64,000 bases of DNA from Epiperipatus broadwayi (lineage: Eukaryota; Animalia; Onychophora): the NCBI GenBank assembly GCA_028023455.1, contig JAQFVV010000003.1, positions 13,640,001 to 13,704,000 of the forward strand. The letters are read 5' to 3'. Below, piece after piece: positions 13,601 to 28,762 of this stretch (position 1 is its first letter; each line of letters opens with the position of its first letter). The notes below the pieces were generated by a model. That model did not search any database. It worked only from the letters and a program-made list of their open reading frames with translations, and had not been told where the DNA came from. The translations under genes were made by a program, and so were the position numbers.

Positions 13601-15029
13601 TAGGAAAAAGACTTCTCCAATGTCCATAGATGGTCACTGAAGGAATCTTATAAGATTAATCAATTGATGATGAGAGTTTTTATGAATAACTAGCTAGGTT
13701 GCTATGGCCATCTAACTAAAAGCCAATCTCTTCAAAAGCAGCCAAAATTTCATCTTGATTTTAATCCCAAGTCATGGTTGTGACTATATACATAAATAAA
13801 AAAATACATTGCCAAAAACATAAAGAAAGCAAACTTCCCTAAATGTTTATATACAGTATTATATACCACACTACAAATAAACACATAGTTAGTTACTTGG
13901 GAAATCGTATATGTTCAAGTAATGAGAGACTAAATTTGGAATCATGAATCTTTATCACTCAAATCCATAACTCTGCAACTGGAATAATCCCATAGTATAA
14001 TATATTATTAAATTGTCTCAGCATGTAGAACAAAACATTCACATTTTATTTTATATAAACTAAGTTGGCTACTTGGCAAAAGAGTATGATGACATTAAGA
14101 GACAATACTTGGTCATTGTTAATGATATCTTTAATTTAACATTTCAGTATTACAACCACATCATACACTTTTATATGTTATTTTTAACTATATTTATAAC
14201 TCTAATGAGCTGGAAGCTATATTTCTGAATGGATTTGAAAGTTTCCCAATTAGAGGAAAAATATTTAAATGTAATCAATCAAAAAGAATTTTGGAGCTCA
14301 AATATTCCTCACCTTCGAACACACTAATTGTATGACCTCTTTCTCCTCCCAAGATAATAAAATGTTTTTCTTCATAGTTAGCATTCTGATAATTATCCGA
14401 GTGATTGAAATTTAATAAAATTTCCTTTAACTTCCAGCTAGAAATAACTAGGTGATCATTTCCTGTCCAATTTTGGACAGTTAGCTGACTTCATTAACAG
14501 ACTACTCTCCCTCTTTCAATTTGCATAAAGAATTCGTAGCTAACGGGAAAAAAATCTCCAAAACTCTTATCTGATGACAATATAAAAACTACTATATCAT
14601 GACACAAAAAATAATACATTATTTTTCGATTTGGTTTCTGCATAATAGTAGAATAGTCATTAAAACCAATTATTCCATATGCATTCTTTTCTGAATTTGA
14701 ACTTTATGAAACATTATAACATTATTGATAATCAGACCAGTCCTGCCAATTACCATATAATTTTCGGAAGGTTTTTTTCTCTTAAAAAACTAGTTAGGAC
14801 TGTAGAATCTGTTCATTTTGGAACAGCCAACCAATAGCTAGGCTACACTACATTATGATAATGACTTAATTCCACATATAATAATATCCAAATACAAAAA
14901 CCCAGATGAAAACAACTATTTAAGATAGTCACAAATTTAAAATACAAAATAAAACAAGCGAATTCAAAAACAGAACTAAGGATTTAAAATTGAATTAATA
15001 AGATTACATATCATTTTATCAACATTTTT

Positions 15030-18000
15030 CAGTCACTATTGATTCAATGCAGGAAGATCTCTCCAAGTTTAATCCAGTTACTACGATCTCTAACTTTTGT
15101 TCTCCACATCACAACAACAAATTTCTTACTTTTCATCCACATCATCCATTTCACATGTGATTTTTTTCTAAATCTTTTGGGATCCAATTTAAAACACCAA
15201 CCATCCATCTGTTATCATCTCTACTAACAATACATCTAACCCAGCATTATTTCATTCTCTTCATCCTTTTAATGATGTCAGTGATATCTGCTTGTTTTTT
15301 CACCCACATATTTCTTTTTTGATCTCTTTTATTCCCAACATATATCTATCCATACTTCTATTGAGTGATTTGAAGTTCTCTGTATTGCTCTTCAGAAAAA
15401 TACCCAAGTCTCACATTTGCCTTTTCAAATACATAGAAATATTTCTTTTTAATATTTTAAACAGCATTAAATTTTTTAATATTATGTTATTTCTACCAAA
15501 AGGATTCCATCTATGTTTAATTCTATGATTAATTTCATTCATTATGTTTTTTGTTTTTTTTTGTATTAATAATCTGACTAAGGTATTTGCAATTGTTAAC
15601 TTCTAATTTATGATTATCAATCTTTAATTTCTTTTTTTGAGAAAATTCATTGAACATTACTTTAATCTTTATAGCATTTGTTCTACTTTTTTACTTTCAT
15701 ATAACTTTTATAACATTTCCTGAAGTTAAACCACTAAACATCACATGATCACCATCTGTATGGAGAGTTTTGCCTTTGTTTATTTCCTGAAATTCTGAAA
15801 CATTATTTTCAAAAATCAATCATATCATCTACAAAATACAAATGATTTAAATAATCATTTACTTTTATTTTCTTAGCTCCCAATTTAATTCTCTAAATAT
15901 TCCTTATAAAACAGCAGTAAAAACATTTTGGAGATATAGAATCATTTTGTCATACATCTTTTTCAATGTTAATCTTCTTAGTATCAACATGTAATTTATT
16001 TGTTGCTGTTGCATTATGATAAATATTCTTCTGAACATGACAATACTCTGGATCTATAATTTGATGATTTAATGCTTTAATCACCACAAAAATGCTTAAA
16101 GAATCAAATGCCTTTTAATAATCTACCAATCCAACATATAATGGCAACTCATATTCATTGAATCATTCTATAACTTCTCTCAAGACTTGGCTATAATCCA
16201 CTGTGCTAAAACCATTTTTAATTCCAGCTTGATCTTTTAGTTGATTAGAATACATAGCTTGCTGTACATGAATTGTAACTATTTTGGTAAACATTATGTA
16301 AAGAATTGATAGATCTGTAATTTCTAATATCTTCTTTATTACTTTTCTCAACTCTCAATAACTACAATTGTTATGTGTGATACAGCAAGAACTTTTTATA
16401 CACCTTAATTTTATAAATTTTTAAAATTGAACAGATTTTCAAATCAGTACCTTTCTAGGGGTGTATGTATTTTGCAAAAATCAAATTAACTTGAAATTTG
16501 CTCTTGCTCTCATAGTATAAGTTTTATGATACTTGTTGGGGGTTTAGATGTATAGCATACAGTTATAGTCTAAATGTTAGGAAAATTATTTCTCTGATTT
16601 TTGCAATCAATAGCTATTGGGTTTTTTTTCCTGATTTTTTTTTTTGAAGCAAATAATATAATTTTTTTGATAAGTAATGCTTACAATTAAAAAAAAATCA
16701 AATTCATTTCTTAATAACAGATCTTAATTTTATTAAAAGAAGGCAATCATCATACTCCACTTAGGAGCAATTTTATTTCTACTTTATTTGTGATCTATAG
16801 TTATATATATTATAAATAATACTTGTGATAAATAAAATTAAATTTATTTCATTATAACAACGACATCCCAGTAATTTTATTTCTCCATTATTTCCGATCT
16901 ACTTATATTTCACTTTTATTTTTTTTATACAAATATTATAATATTTATTGTAAATAATACTTATAATAAATAAAATCAAATTTGTTTCATTATAATAATC
17001 AATTATAATTTTACTAACAGAGAGCAACCGATTCTAGTTAGAAGCTCTTTTTTTTTTTTGCATCAATGGCTACATTTTTTCTATTTTTTTTTTATACAAA
17101 TATTATAATACTTATTGTAGATAATGCTTATAATTTAAAAAAAAAAAAAATAATCAAATTTGGAAACATAATTATAACATAAAATAATGCCTTTCTTAGG
17201 AATGGTATCAGATGATAGCGGTTGCAGCATTACCATTATAAAATTACGCTATAAATATCAATATTACTACAACATCCATGCAATCATCGGATACATTTAC
17301 TATGTAGATATTTGATATATAACATTGTCAATAATTTTTCTATTTCTACATCTGCTTCTTTTTAAGATACCACTAATAATTCTATTATTTTCTGGAGGTT
17401 TTTCCTTTTCAATGATTTAATTGCATGTCTCACTTTTTTGTTTAAAATGCTAATCAATTCAGAAGATATAATAAATATAAGAGATACTTTATTTTCTTGT
17501 TCTTTATTACTATATAATTCATTATAGAACTCTTATATTACACGATGCCATTTCTTTTTTTTATAATACTTCCATCTTTTCTTCTTATTGTATAAGTAAC
17601 TTTCCTTCCAATACCAGGTCATTGTTTTATACTTTTGAAATGTTTAGTTTCTTCTAAAGTTTTCCCTTGCCAATTCATGATTATATTATCTTATATCATT
17701 ATTCAATTCTTCTTAATGAATTACTTTAAAAAATTTTCATTTTTTTAAATTTTCTTCATACATTTTTTTTATCTCAGTAAAAAAAAAAAAAATATTGGTA
17801 AATTTCTGCTTTTTAATATAATTTATCTTTCTTGCAATATTTACTAGAATATCAATTATTGTTTTTATTGCTTTCAGAGAAATATAAAACATCTTCAAAG
17901 CTTATTTATATTTTTAAATGATTTGCAAGTTCTAATTTAAAGTTCATTGGAGTATTTCTTAAGATTAGATATCAACTATTAATACTGATTTTCTTAATAA

Positions 18001-18340
18001 TTTTCATCTTTCACACTATCTTATATCTCATTTATTGACGACCACTTTCTGTGTTAAATCTATTAATAACATTAGAATCTTGAAATACATATTTTTTGTT
18101 AATCAAAGTAAAATCCAATTCTGCTGTAACTTTACTTGAATATTTCCATGTCAATTCATAATATGCAGTTTTTCTTTTTCTGCAAGCTCCACAAGTTTGT
18201 ATCCTCTATCATTTCTATCACAATAACCAACTTTACTCATGGCACTTTTATCTTTCAAACGTTTACCAATTTTAGCATTAAAGACTCTCATAACAATTTT
18301 AAAATATTGTTTGATCTAGTCAAAAGTATTTTATAGATCC
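15030..18340 (-). mobile_element. Degenerate RTE-clade LINE (endonuclease, RT and C-terminal remnants) interrupted by later insertions
   Basis: Minus frames give AP-endonuclease-like DRNDRGYKLVELAEKEKLHIMN (~18150-18230), RT-like EVRHAIKSL (~17420-17450), and a 3' end at 15030-15500 homologous to the copy at 32592-33340. Many stops and frameshifts; inserts at 15725-15781 and ~16380-17330. Confidence 0.8.
15725..15781. mobile_element. 57-bp family-A mini-insertion
   Basis: Reverse-complemented tail (GTTAAACCACTAAACATCACATGATCACCAT) fused to the arm 3' end (CTGTATGGAGAGTTTTGCC); perfect 10-bp TSD ATTTCCTGAA (15715-15724, 15782-15791); inserted in the RTE LINE. Confidence 0.8.
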
Positions 18341-19659
18341 ATATAAAAATATTCTACTTCTTTATTATGACAAAATAAATCTAAATTATTTGAAGTTGTT
18401 ATATAATATGTATTAAATTCTTTAAAATTTGTACAATTAAATCCAGTGGATGAAAATAGGGGATTCAAAAGCTAATCATTCTTAAATGAATTACAAATGG
18501 AGGAAAATAAAAAATATTAAAAAAGTTTACTTTGATAATATAATTGTTATTTAGGTTACTTTGGTACTTGGTCATAATTGATCCCTGAAACAACATATGA
18601 AATGATTAATTCAGAATATTTTTTGACTTCTATTTCTCCATTGCTTGTCATGCCACTCTTTTACACATTTGTTAATTTTGTTCCTTTTTTAATTCTATCC
18701 ATTTATTTCTACAAATGGAATTATTTTTTTTGTGTGTTAACTCTATATTGCAATCATAAAGTAGCTTTAAGAATGTCTAAATGAATTGAAGTTTTATATA
18801 ATTATAGAAATAACATGTCATTTGTATATGTGTATATATACAATCTTTTTCAAAGGAAAGTTGGAGTTAATTACAGAAATACTATGACCATGTAATATCA
18901 TTGATCATAATCAGTAATAGATTATTATCAACTAATGTTATATGTACATGAAATCTGTTACATCCTTAAAATATAAAATATTTGTTTGTTTACATCTATC
19001 ATTATTTATGTTTCAAAGAATTTTATTGTTTTAAATGTTTCAATGTTAATATCATTTTATATTATAAAATCATACATAGGAATCAATAAAACCTGCAATA
19101 GTCTTTCAATTAATAGTATATAGAATTACGTAATCATATATATTACATATTTAAAAAACAAAACAAAAAAAAAACAATGTTCTCTTTAGTAGTCCATCAG
19201 ATTATTAGATAGCATTGAATGCTGTTGCAATAAGAACCAGGTATCAGAATAAATATTGTGTGTGAAAATTTTTTCACCCCTTGCTCTGAGTGAGTCTAAT
19301 TCAATCCAGAAAGTGTTTTGTTGATTTTTAGAATCATTATTATATTTACAAAAATGCATCTTATGTACCAAAATGCATAGAGAATAAATGTCAAAGGTTT
19401 AATTTCAAAGAATACTCCTTTTAAAAAAGATTTAAATAAAATTTTAATGTTGCAATTATGAATTTGAAATAGTTTTGGAATTGCTAAACTTATATTTTCT
19501 AAAGATTGATATTCAAAAAATAAGTAGAAATTGAAATTCTGTATACTAAGGGATTTGTTGAAAAGCATGTTTTATGACTCTAAAAAATCTCTTGATAAAG
19601 ACTATTGCTCATCAATCTTCTGACTGATTCCAAAGAAGTAAAAGTAGACTATTTCAGTG

Positions 19660-19880
19660 CTAATAGCCTTCTGGCTTCCTTTTGAATACCACATAAATAT
19701 TCACCGATATGTGTCTATACAACTGCACAACATATGAAATCTTTGATTTTCCTCTTGATCTCCTATCCGGTGTTCTATTCTCAAGATCATTCTGTCCAAA
19801 ACTGTGTCTTAGCCAAAAGAGGCACTTCTTCCTGATAACCACTCATTTTTATATTCTTTTCTTTTTTTTTTTTTGCAGAA
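19660..19880 (-). mobile_element. LINE (RTE-like) C-terminal remnant
   Basis: Minus frame WLRHSFGQNDLENRTPDRRSRGKSKISY resembles the W.GH..R...R.RGRP C-terminal motif of RTE ORF2. Confidence 0.5.
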
Positions 19881-22800
19881 TTTTTGCATTTGTCTTTCTA
19901 TTCATTTCATTTACTGCATCTTATGACCTAACTTTCAAATATTTTCAAAAGAAAATTATTATCGCGTGATAAAAATACTTCTTCATCACCAAAGATAATA
20001 TTTGGCAATGTCCTACAGCAACAATTATTAAAAAAAAAAAGTACGGTCTTTCATATTATACAATTCATTATAAGCAATGATTTTGATATCTATTTCCGAC
20101 TTTTCAGATGAACTCCTTAAGAACTCCCAAGCAATAAAGCCACTCAATTATTTATTTTTATTTATCATGATATTGCATAATACAAAGTGGCAATTAAAAG
20201 GTTGATGGATAGATAAAAAAGTTTGCTGAAGTAGGCTATGAAGATATGCAAACTTGGTTTCAAATCTTTAGGGTATATGAATGTGAAATCATTTAGTTTG
20301 ACTAGTATAAAAACGTAAAAATGGTACTAGACGGAATGTACAATTTAATCATACTCATTAATGAAATCTAGCAGTCAGAAAATATCTGGAGATTTAAAAG
20401 TGACTCTAATATCTAAGGTCCACTGAAAGTTCAAACAATGAAAAAAAGGTAATTAGAATAATTTTATTCCCCTAATGTACAGAAGAAAAACTAAAGATCA
20501 GAAGTGCTAAAATAAATTTGAAAAAACATTTCTTCAGCAATGACTAATAATATAGTGATTTATGGAATATAAATAATTTAAACCAAATTTCCAACTTTAC
20601 TTAAAGTTTTTATTTATAGATAATTACAATAAAATTTTTTAAGAGAACTCATTTAAAGCAGTGTTCTCATGTGTAAATTTTATCAAATCAAAAGTATATT
20701 AACTGACTTAGAGAATTCACACACTGTCAAATTTTCCACTAGCATTTCTAAATATACATTTTTGCTTTTCTCTTTTCATGAATAGCGGGCTACAAATTCT
20801 GTTAATATTTCAGAATTATACTCTTATTAAGTCTGAGTGTAAATGTACTTATTCATATAAGTCTAAAAATGGAAAATTTACCAAACATTTGGAGAGGCAA
20901 TTAAAAAAAAAAAAAAAAGATCAAAATCCATTGTAGTTTAGCATAATGATAGAATATCATACTCAAGAGCTAAACGTTTCTGGATGGAAAATTAACTTAT
21001 CACTTCAGGCACGAAAAAATATATTGAATTTTCTTTCATTTTGCTGCATCTAATAGATTAGACTTATAGTAAGAGTGTCAGATTTAAGCACTAAAGATTG
21101 ATGGAAAGTCTCTCAAGTAAAAAAGTACCCCAATAAAGTGAACTGGATTTGTTATTCTCTGTCTATCCTTTTAGTGCTTAATACATCTCTAGTAAATTAA
21201 CATATAATACTTAAATAATACTTTAATTTCATTTTTCAGTTAACATTATTATCAGATGAATGGTGATCTACAGACTATCAAAATGTGTTAATATTGACTC
21301 ATACATATAAACAGTAGAGCTGCAACTGTTTTGATATTAATAGGTGCTCCTGATAGATTATTATTTTGTTCACTGAACTAAAGTTTCTTTCAAATTCTAT
21401 GTTTACCATTTTATTTATTTTTTTTTTTATATATAAATTCAGACATAATTTTTTTTTACAATGAACTATGATATTTTTAATTTTTTAAAAAGGAATGGCA
21501 TTTTCAATTTTTTGACAAATCAAAATAATATTGTTGATATATAATAACTGTAGATTATTTAAACATTTTGGAAGATAAATTTATCCATGAAACATATGTT
21601 ATTTCCAGCAATTCATTCAATCCATAAAATAAAATACTGATTTCATAAACATATGGATGATATTACATATCTTCAAGAACTAACTAATCACCTGAAAGAG
21701 GCTTTAAACAATCTTAGAAGTCCACATTCTCCACTGTCATCATTCAGAAAACCTCAGGTTTTTCTCATTTGAGGATTAGCTCAATATTCTTCTGGATACT
21801 GTTCTAATGTTATCTATCATATTAAAAAAAAAAAGCCTCAAATGGGATCGATTTTATTCAACATCATCTTTTTTGATAATAAATAGTAATAAGTCAAAAT
21901 CATGTTCAGCAATCATACATAACTAATTCTCTTTTTTATACAAAAGCCGATTAATTATTTCTTTGTTAATTTTTATTGTAGAAAAAATTATTTCTTTGTT
22001 CAATCCTTCTTCCTGATAATTATCACAAATCTCTTAATTCATACTTAAACTATTAGCATATATTCAGTTTCTTTCACAATTAATATTGGTAAATGTATTT
22101 TGATACTTAAGGATTTCTTCAAATGAGAATATTGGATATCTTGGGAATCATGATGCTGTGAGAAAAATAATAGGAAATCAGTTAAGAGACTACAGCTAGT
22201 ACACAGTGAATCTAACTAACCATGAAACAAAATGGGCTGTAATAAATTTTGCATTCAAAATTACCAATATTTTATACGACATAGGTATGCTAAGTTCTTT
22301 GCCCAAAAGCAAATTGGATTGATTACATGAATGAGTACTTGGGCCATGTGTTAAACTTGATCATTAGCAGTTGTCTTTTGCCACCTTCTTATCATAATTT
22401 ATTCTATCATCTTAATTTTAGAGATATATTATAAACTTTAATGAGCTCTCACTTAATAGATGTATAATAATCATATGAGCATTTAACAATTCCATTCAGT
22501 TAGTTTACATTTTTCTTTATTTACATAGACAAGATTTGAAAACTTTAGCTTTGTGTTTACCACTTTACAACTATCTAAACTGCATAAAGATGCCATTAGA
22601 AGCAACTCTTAAACAAGAATGCACTGTGAGTTTTTGTTTTAAAGATCGATGCCCAGTCCAAGAAAGCAACAATAACAAAAATTCAGAGCCAAGTTTGTTG
22701 CAAATGGTAAACTAAAACAATTTATAATTAGCTACTATAGTATAAAGGCTTCTTTGATTACTCACGAGGCTGGCCAACTGGAGGGATGATGATGAAAGTT

Positions 22801-23194
22801 TGACTAATTTTCCAATCATGTTTTAGAATGACTAAATCCTGAGGTTGATTAGACGTGAATAATTTTTGAATTTTATTCGATTCAAACCCAAGTTGCAGGA
22901 CACTACAAATGACATCAATACTTGAATGCATTTATTATATTTTAATTACTACATCTAAATGTAAAGCGTGTTTTTGAAAAAGGCTGATGTTTGTATATCT
23001 GTGGTTGAATATAAATCTATACATATATACAAATATACCCTCACATACACATATAATTAAAGAATTAAACTTAATAAAGTGAACAGTCGTAATGGCTTAA
23101 GGGTATTTATGACGAAGACACTTAAGATTAAACAAAAAGATTTTAAAAATCTAAGTGAAAGATTTCACCTTGGTCAAATATCTCAATCAGTTAC

Positions 23195-23263
23195 CTGATC
23201 GTCAGCACCGCCCGAAGCAAAGTAATTCCCATTTCTAGAAAAGCTCACACTATTGACAGCGTC
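23195..23263 (-). CDS. POC1: POC1 centriolar protein, internal coding exon (last WD40 repeat)
   Basis: 69-bp phase-0 exon, acceptor ctttcttgtgttgcAG, donor CAG|GTaact. Translates DAVNSVSFSRNGNYFASGGADDQ and joins in frame to 12130-12282 across a 10,912-bp intron. Confidence 0.9.
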
Positions 23264-24559
23264 CTGCAACACAAGAAAGAAAAAAGGCATAATGAAATCA
23301 GCTTTTCTTTATTAGCATAAAATAAAATTTTCTTAAAAAGTCCTTGGCACTAAATATATAACAAAAGAAGCAACAACAAAAAAGATATTGAAATAATATT
23401 AAAGATAACAAGAAAATATAGAAAGAAATAATAAAGGATAAGATAAACCCATGGGCCCAGCACCTGTAAATATATGACACCTGACACTATTATTAGATAA
23501 AATTACATTATATTACAATCAAGGATTTGTTTTATGATCCACAATATTCAGTTCACTGATCCACTTGATCTTGGATCTTTTACTGTCCCCCCCCCCCCAA
23601 GCTCCTAACAGTTAGGTATTTATTTAATGATTAATATTGGATGGCTAATTAGATTAATATGGATAAGATTATCTTTAAAAAATCTGGAACTTTTTTTAAA
23701 CATAAAGTTTTCTAATCCTATTCTATGTTTGAACCTCGGGTTAATGTAGAAAAAATGAAAAATAACACTAGAGAGCTTAGAATATTAATAATATTTCAGA
23801 AGTTTTCAATCTACTACAACAATTATTATAATAAAAAGGTTTAAGAACAAAAATAAATAAATGTGCATGTGCATATTATTGTTGATGATCACCAAAAGTC
23901 AATTAATATACCTCAGTTATCTTAACCAGCATTTGGAAATAAAATATAACATACATATGTAACATCTATACTGTAAGTTAAATTCTTTACACCAGGTATT
24001 GGAAATAATGGAAATCAAAAGTGTAAACTTGATTAAAACAATATCATGACCAATGTTATCTAGATTTCAGCTAGAATATGCATTGCCAAATATTATTCTC
24101 TAATCTGATAAACTAGTGGATAATATATAGAAAATAGCACAATACATACATTTGTTTTTTTGACATGACTTTGCAAAGACTTAAACTAACTTTTAAATCT
24201 TAAATATATACATATGATAATGAATTGTGAATAAACATAAAAAGTATTAAGCAAAAAATACACCTCACAAAAAATAAATGTAGTCACAAGGAATGTACAT
24301 TCCAAAAATATGGAGATGAATGCAGTTAATGAAATATATAACCTAAATGCATTTTCGATGCTGAACCACGTAACAGTTAAAATAAAAAAAATGTATGTAT
24401 GTTTTTTTAATTTTAACTGTTGCTTTACATTTCAACAACCATTTATAAGTATGGTTATTCCAACTCAAAGAACCAAAATATTACTCTCCTAATGGGTTTT
24501 GCAATACTTATACAAATCAATCTGTGAAACAGAAATATGTTCACATTTAAGTTTCTACT

Positions 24560-24790
24560 TATTTGATATTTTGCAATGCTTTCTTCCAACTTCTTCAGAA
24601 AACTTTTCTTTCTGAAATACTTCAACACCATGTCTTATTGTTGCTCTCCAATATATTCTACTCTCTGCTATATTGGACCAATAGAAACATTAACACAACA
24701 CATCTTTAGAAAGTGAGATAATTCTTATAACATAAACAGGGACAATCTCTTCCAAATTCACCATATACAACCTTTTAGGAAAGTCTTGTA
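24560..24790 (-). mobile_element. LINE (RTE-like) 3' remnant
   Basis: Minus frame SNIAESRIYWRATIRHGVEVFQKEK resembles the W..A..R..WR..I..GV..FE C-terminus of RTE-like ORF2. Confidence 0.5.
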
Positions 24791-27700
24791 TTGTTTGTTA
24801 GTTTTATACATCCAATTCAAAGAAGGTGTGACTTTGTAATAGTAGGTTCTATGGTATCACATCCAACAAGAACATATTACTTCATTTTATGACTGTGCCA
24901 CTGTATTTTAAGATTTTTTTTTACAATCTCTTGAGATCCAATTTGAAACTATTACAATGGTATATAATTAATGATTTTGCTAATTTATATTAGGAGGAAT
25001 AAAATATTTGTAAGATTCTTTTTTAAAACACACGCACACACACATGGTAATCTATAACTCTTAACATCATGATTTCATAATATTACAATTGTATTTTTAT
25101 TTTAAAATCAAGACATTAACACTTGTCAATCTAAATTAACTCAATCATTATTTTCTTAGCTAAAAATAGCTAAATACCATTAATTAACTAATAACTGGAT
25201 GTTAATTGGATTAGTTATCACCCAATTATTTAAATTTTTCAAGTTTTACCATGAAAAATTATATTAAGTTTGTAACAAGCAATGCCAACTTAACTACATC
25301 TGATAATCAAATAATATAATTTACTTGTAATACTTATTGTTTAATTCTCAATATGGCATCAGCATATAATATGCACACATACTAATTTAAATCTTAGATT
25401 GTAAGCAGTTAAACACATGTGCAAAGATTACATTATAAACCCATCAGTTAGTGAACTATTTAAATATACTCATGAATATAACTTTAAAAGAACTTGGTAA
25501 AAAGCACCAAAAAATAAATAAAAGCTCTCAATTATCATTAGTGATAATAGCACTAATCATCTTGATCTTTAAGAATAATTCAAGATTATGTATTATGAAA
25601 GGATATTTTTCAATTTTTTAAAATTAACATAGAGTTGGAAGCAGATTAAAAAATCATCAATGATCCTCAGATTATGCACCCTTACTTCTTTTATCTTCTT
25701 CTGTATAACTATTTTGGCTAAAATAAAATAACCATCATAAACAAATGGTTATTAAACTTCCTTTAACATTTTGTAAAGACTCCGAGATAATATGAATTGG
25801 CCATATAAATGTTGATGCACAGATCACTAAATATAAATAAATAATACAATACAACTTTATTATTAATAAAGAAGACATCATATTCATATAAGCACAAAGT
25901 GTAAAATATAAAAGAACATTACTCTATCTACCAGGAAATGATTCAATGGGCTAGAGATTTTGTACCTTTATTTGTCCATCTACCTAAAAATTATTACTAT
26001 TATTATGTGCTATCAAGCCAAAAATAGATAAATATAATTTCATCAGAACTAGTTATCTTCCAAAAACCACATTTTTCACACTAAATCAGACCACGTCTCT
26101 TGCGTAAGATCAAATCTTTCTTCTTTCTTTATACAGCACCTTCCAATCCAATTTTCATTTTGCTTTTAAGTACATTTCAGTTCAATTTCTTTTTCTTTTC
26201 ATAATTTCCTCAAAAATGATCTTTTTTTAAACTTACTTTTTTTAAAACCATATTTATATTATCAATCTTGTCATTTCCCCTCCAAATCTACAATCTCTAA
26301 AGTTCCCAATTTTGGATTGTCTCTCTGTAATATCATAAGTTTTTAACTTTATGAAAATTGAATCCCAAATGTTGAGCCAATTATCTACTGCAATCCAAGA
26401 TTTATTAGTTTTATAAATATTATTTACACGAAAAATCATTATTTAATTAATGTCCATTTTTCTTTGTATAATAAACAATTACCTCAAACAGTTTAGTGGT
26501 CATCTTAAAAATTAAAAGTTCCTAGATTGATTCACTCTTCACAAAAATAAAAATAAAATTGATTTGATCTATTGAATGACTGTATTGTGCTTAACTATGT
26601 TTGGACATATTTCTCCTAAACAAATAATCACTCACTGAATAAAATAGTTTAATATTGAAACACCAACATCACTAATGTTAATATAAATTATTAATGACAA
26701 TAACAAAACATTTTTTTATTCTTTTTTAAAAAAAAAAAAAATTCAAGAAACATTCATTCTATAATTATATATTAAAGAATTTGATGTTAATTTTTAAAAA
26801 ATGACACCTTTTTTCAGAGCATTAATAATGCATTATGGTTTAGGGATACTTTTTATTTTTAAAATCCCACTATCCACATTTTTCACATCTAAAAAAATTT
26901 TAATTGAACACTATAGTAAAATATTAATCATAAATTATATTTACAAATAACAGCAATAAAAAAAGTAAGGAGCTAAAAAAAAAGGTGTTTCTAATTAAAT
27001 TGTTCTGCATTCTTTTGAATAATTTTGGGTTATATTTTAATATTAATGGCATTTTAACTCATGAAACAACAACAACAAAAAACCATACTAATAATAATAT
27101 AAATAATATTAAAAAGATTATCATTCATGCAGGTAATAATAATATAGACAATATTATAAATTACAAATAAAAGTAATCAAATAGTTAGTCATTAGGAAGT
27201 CATGTAACTTTCAACCTCTAGAAGTGATAGAATTGGATTATGATTTATAGATTTCTATTACTGTCCTAAATTACACAAGTCACTATTATCAAAAATATAT
27301 TATAACTTTAATTTACTTATTATAGAATTGTAGAACATATAATTTTCCATCAAAAAATGTAAGTGATGCATCAATCTATTACTTCCTACATATGACATGA
27401 TGACTTTTTATGCATTTGGTTGAAAAAGTAATTTTCACAATAATTTTAGATCACATAAAGATAAAATATATATTCCAAAAAGCTAACATACCACAAAAGC
27501 AATAAAGCTGAAAAAATATAAACATCATCATAAAAGAAAAACAACAACAAAGAATTTAAATATTTTAAAAATTATTAATTTAATTTATTATTACGTTTTT
27601 AAATAGAACTTTTTAAACAATTAATTTTAAATTATTCTATATAAAGTAGTGATTAAAATAACATTTTAAGCAATTTACTAATTATATTTTAGTAATTCAT

Positions 27701-28317
27701 TTTGCAAAAATCGGACATGTTGTTTCATTTTTAATTCAAAATATGAAGTGAAAACATCTATTCAGAGGCCTTTCTTTTCTAACAAAATAAATCTTAGATT
27801 AAATAATAATTTGTTCAAATATTTATTTAACAATATCGGGGTTATATTATAATTTGGAAGAGCAAATATATATGTTAGTATGCATTTGTAAGTGGATTTG
27901 GGCAATTTCTATATATATACATACACATACATATGTATATATGGCCAATCTCTAAAATTGCGGATAAACTTAATTTAATTTTCTAAAGAATGTCAATTAA
28001 TATTAAAAATGTAATTAATAATACAGTATTTATTCAAAAAATATTTATCAATTTATTTTAAAATTTCAGTACTTGAATTCTCTGCGATTTCTTTTTTTTT
28101 TTTTTTTATATTGCCAATAAAAAATACTTTTCGAAAAAAAAATCATAAAAAAAAATTATAAGATTTACTATCATTTTGAATACACCATTTAATGAAAAAT
28201 GATTTATCTATAACATGGAATATTATACACATATGGAATACAACCATTTTCCTGCTATATTTCTTAAATTTGCATTGTTAGACTTTCAACTCATAGGTGA
28301 AACACTAGTTTAAGTCA

Positions 28318-28762
28318 GTGTTTTCCTGAAGGTTTATGATGATGGTGTTCTAGTTGTATTTTTATATTGGACTATTTCCATCATCTAATGTACTGAATGA
28401 CTTTAGTAAAATTTAACTTTATTTAAATATTCCAAATACATTCTATTGTTAGTAATAGCACATCAAACAGGTTAGTATATGCACAATGTTTAGAAATTGG
28501 TTAGATCGTTACTTAAAATTCAAAACTCAAGAATCTAAGGAACCAGGTTCGAATCCCACGCTAGTACTGTCACTGGTCAGGCCAGCAACACCTAAAAAAG
28601 AGGCGAGACTAATACTTCTTGAAATGTTGTGCATATACTAACCTGTTTGATGTGCTATTACTAATAGTTGTATGTATTTGGAATATTTAAATAAAGTTAA
28701 ATTTTTCTAAAGACATTCAATACATATATTAGATGATGGAAATAGTCCAATATAAAAATAAA
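28318..28762. mobile_element. Foldback insertion F2: tRNA-like head plus dead hammerhead
   Basis: Arms 28350-28491 and 28619-28767; 14-bp direct repeat ACTAGTTTAAGTCA (28304-28317, 28763-28776); 32-nt tail; B-box GGTTCGAATCC (28546-28556); decayed hammerhead CAC-CTAAAAA-AGAGG..CTTCTT-GAAATGTT/GTG (28589-28631). Confidence 0.75.

Noticed and set aside
16800-17140. Imperfect local AT-rich repeats of ~50-160 bp
   Set aside because: Low-complexity duplications within an insertion in the RTE remnant; no defined termini or structure.
28495-28560. tRNA gene (also 31050-31112 and 13527-13600)
   Set aside because: Only A/B-box-like segments; no acceptor stem or full cloverleaf can be built, so treated as SINE-type heads.
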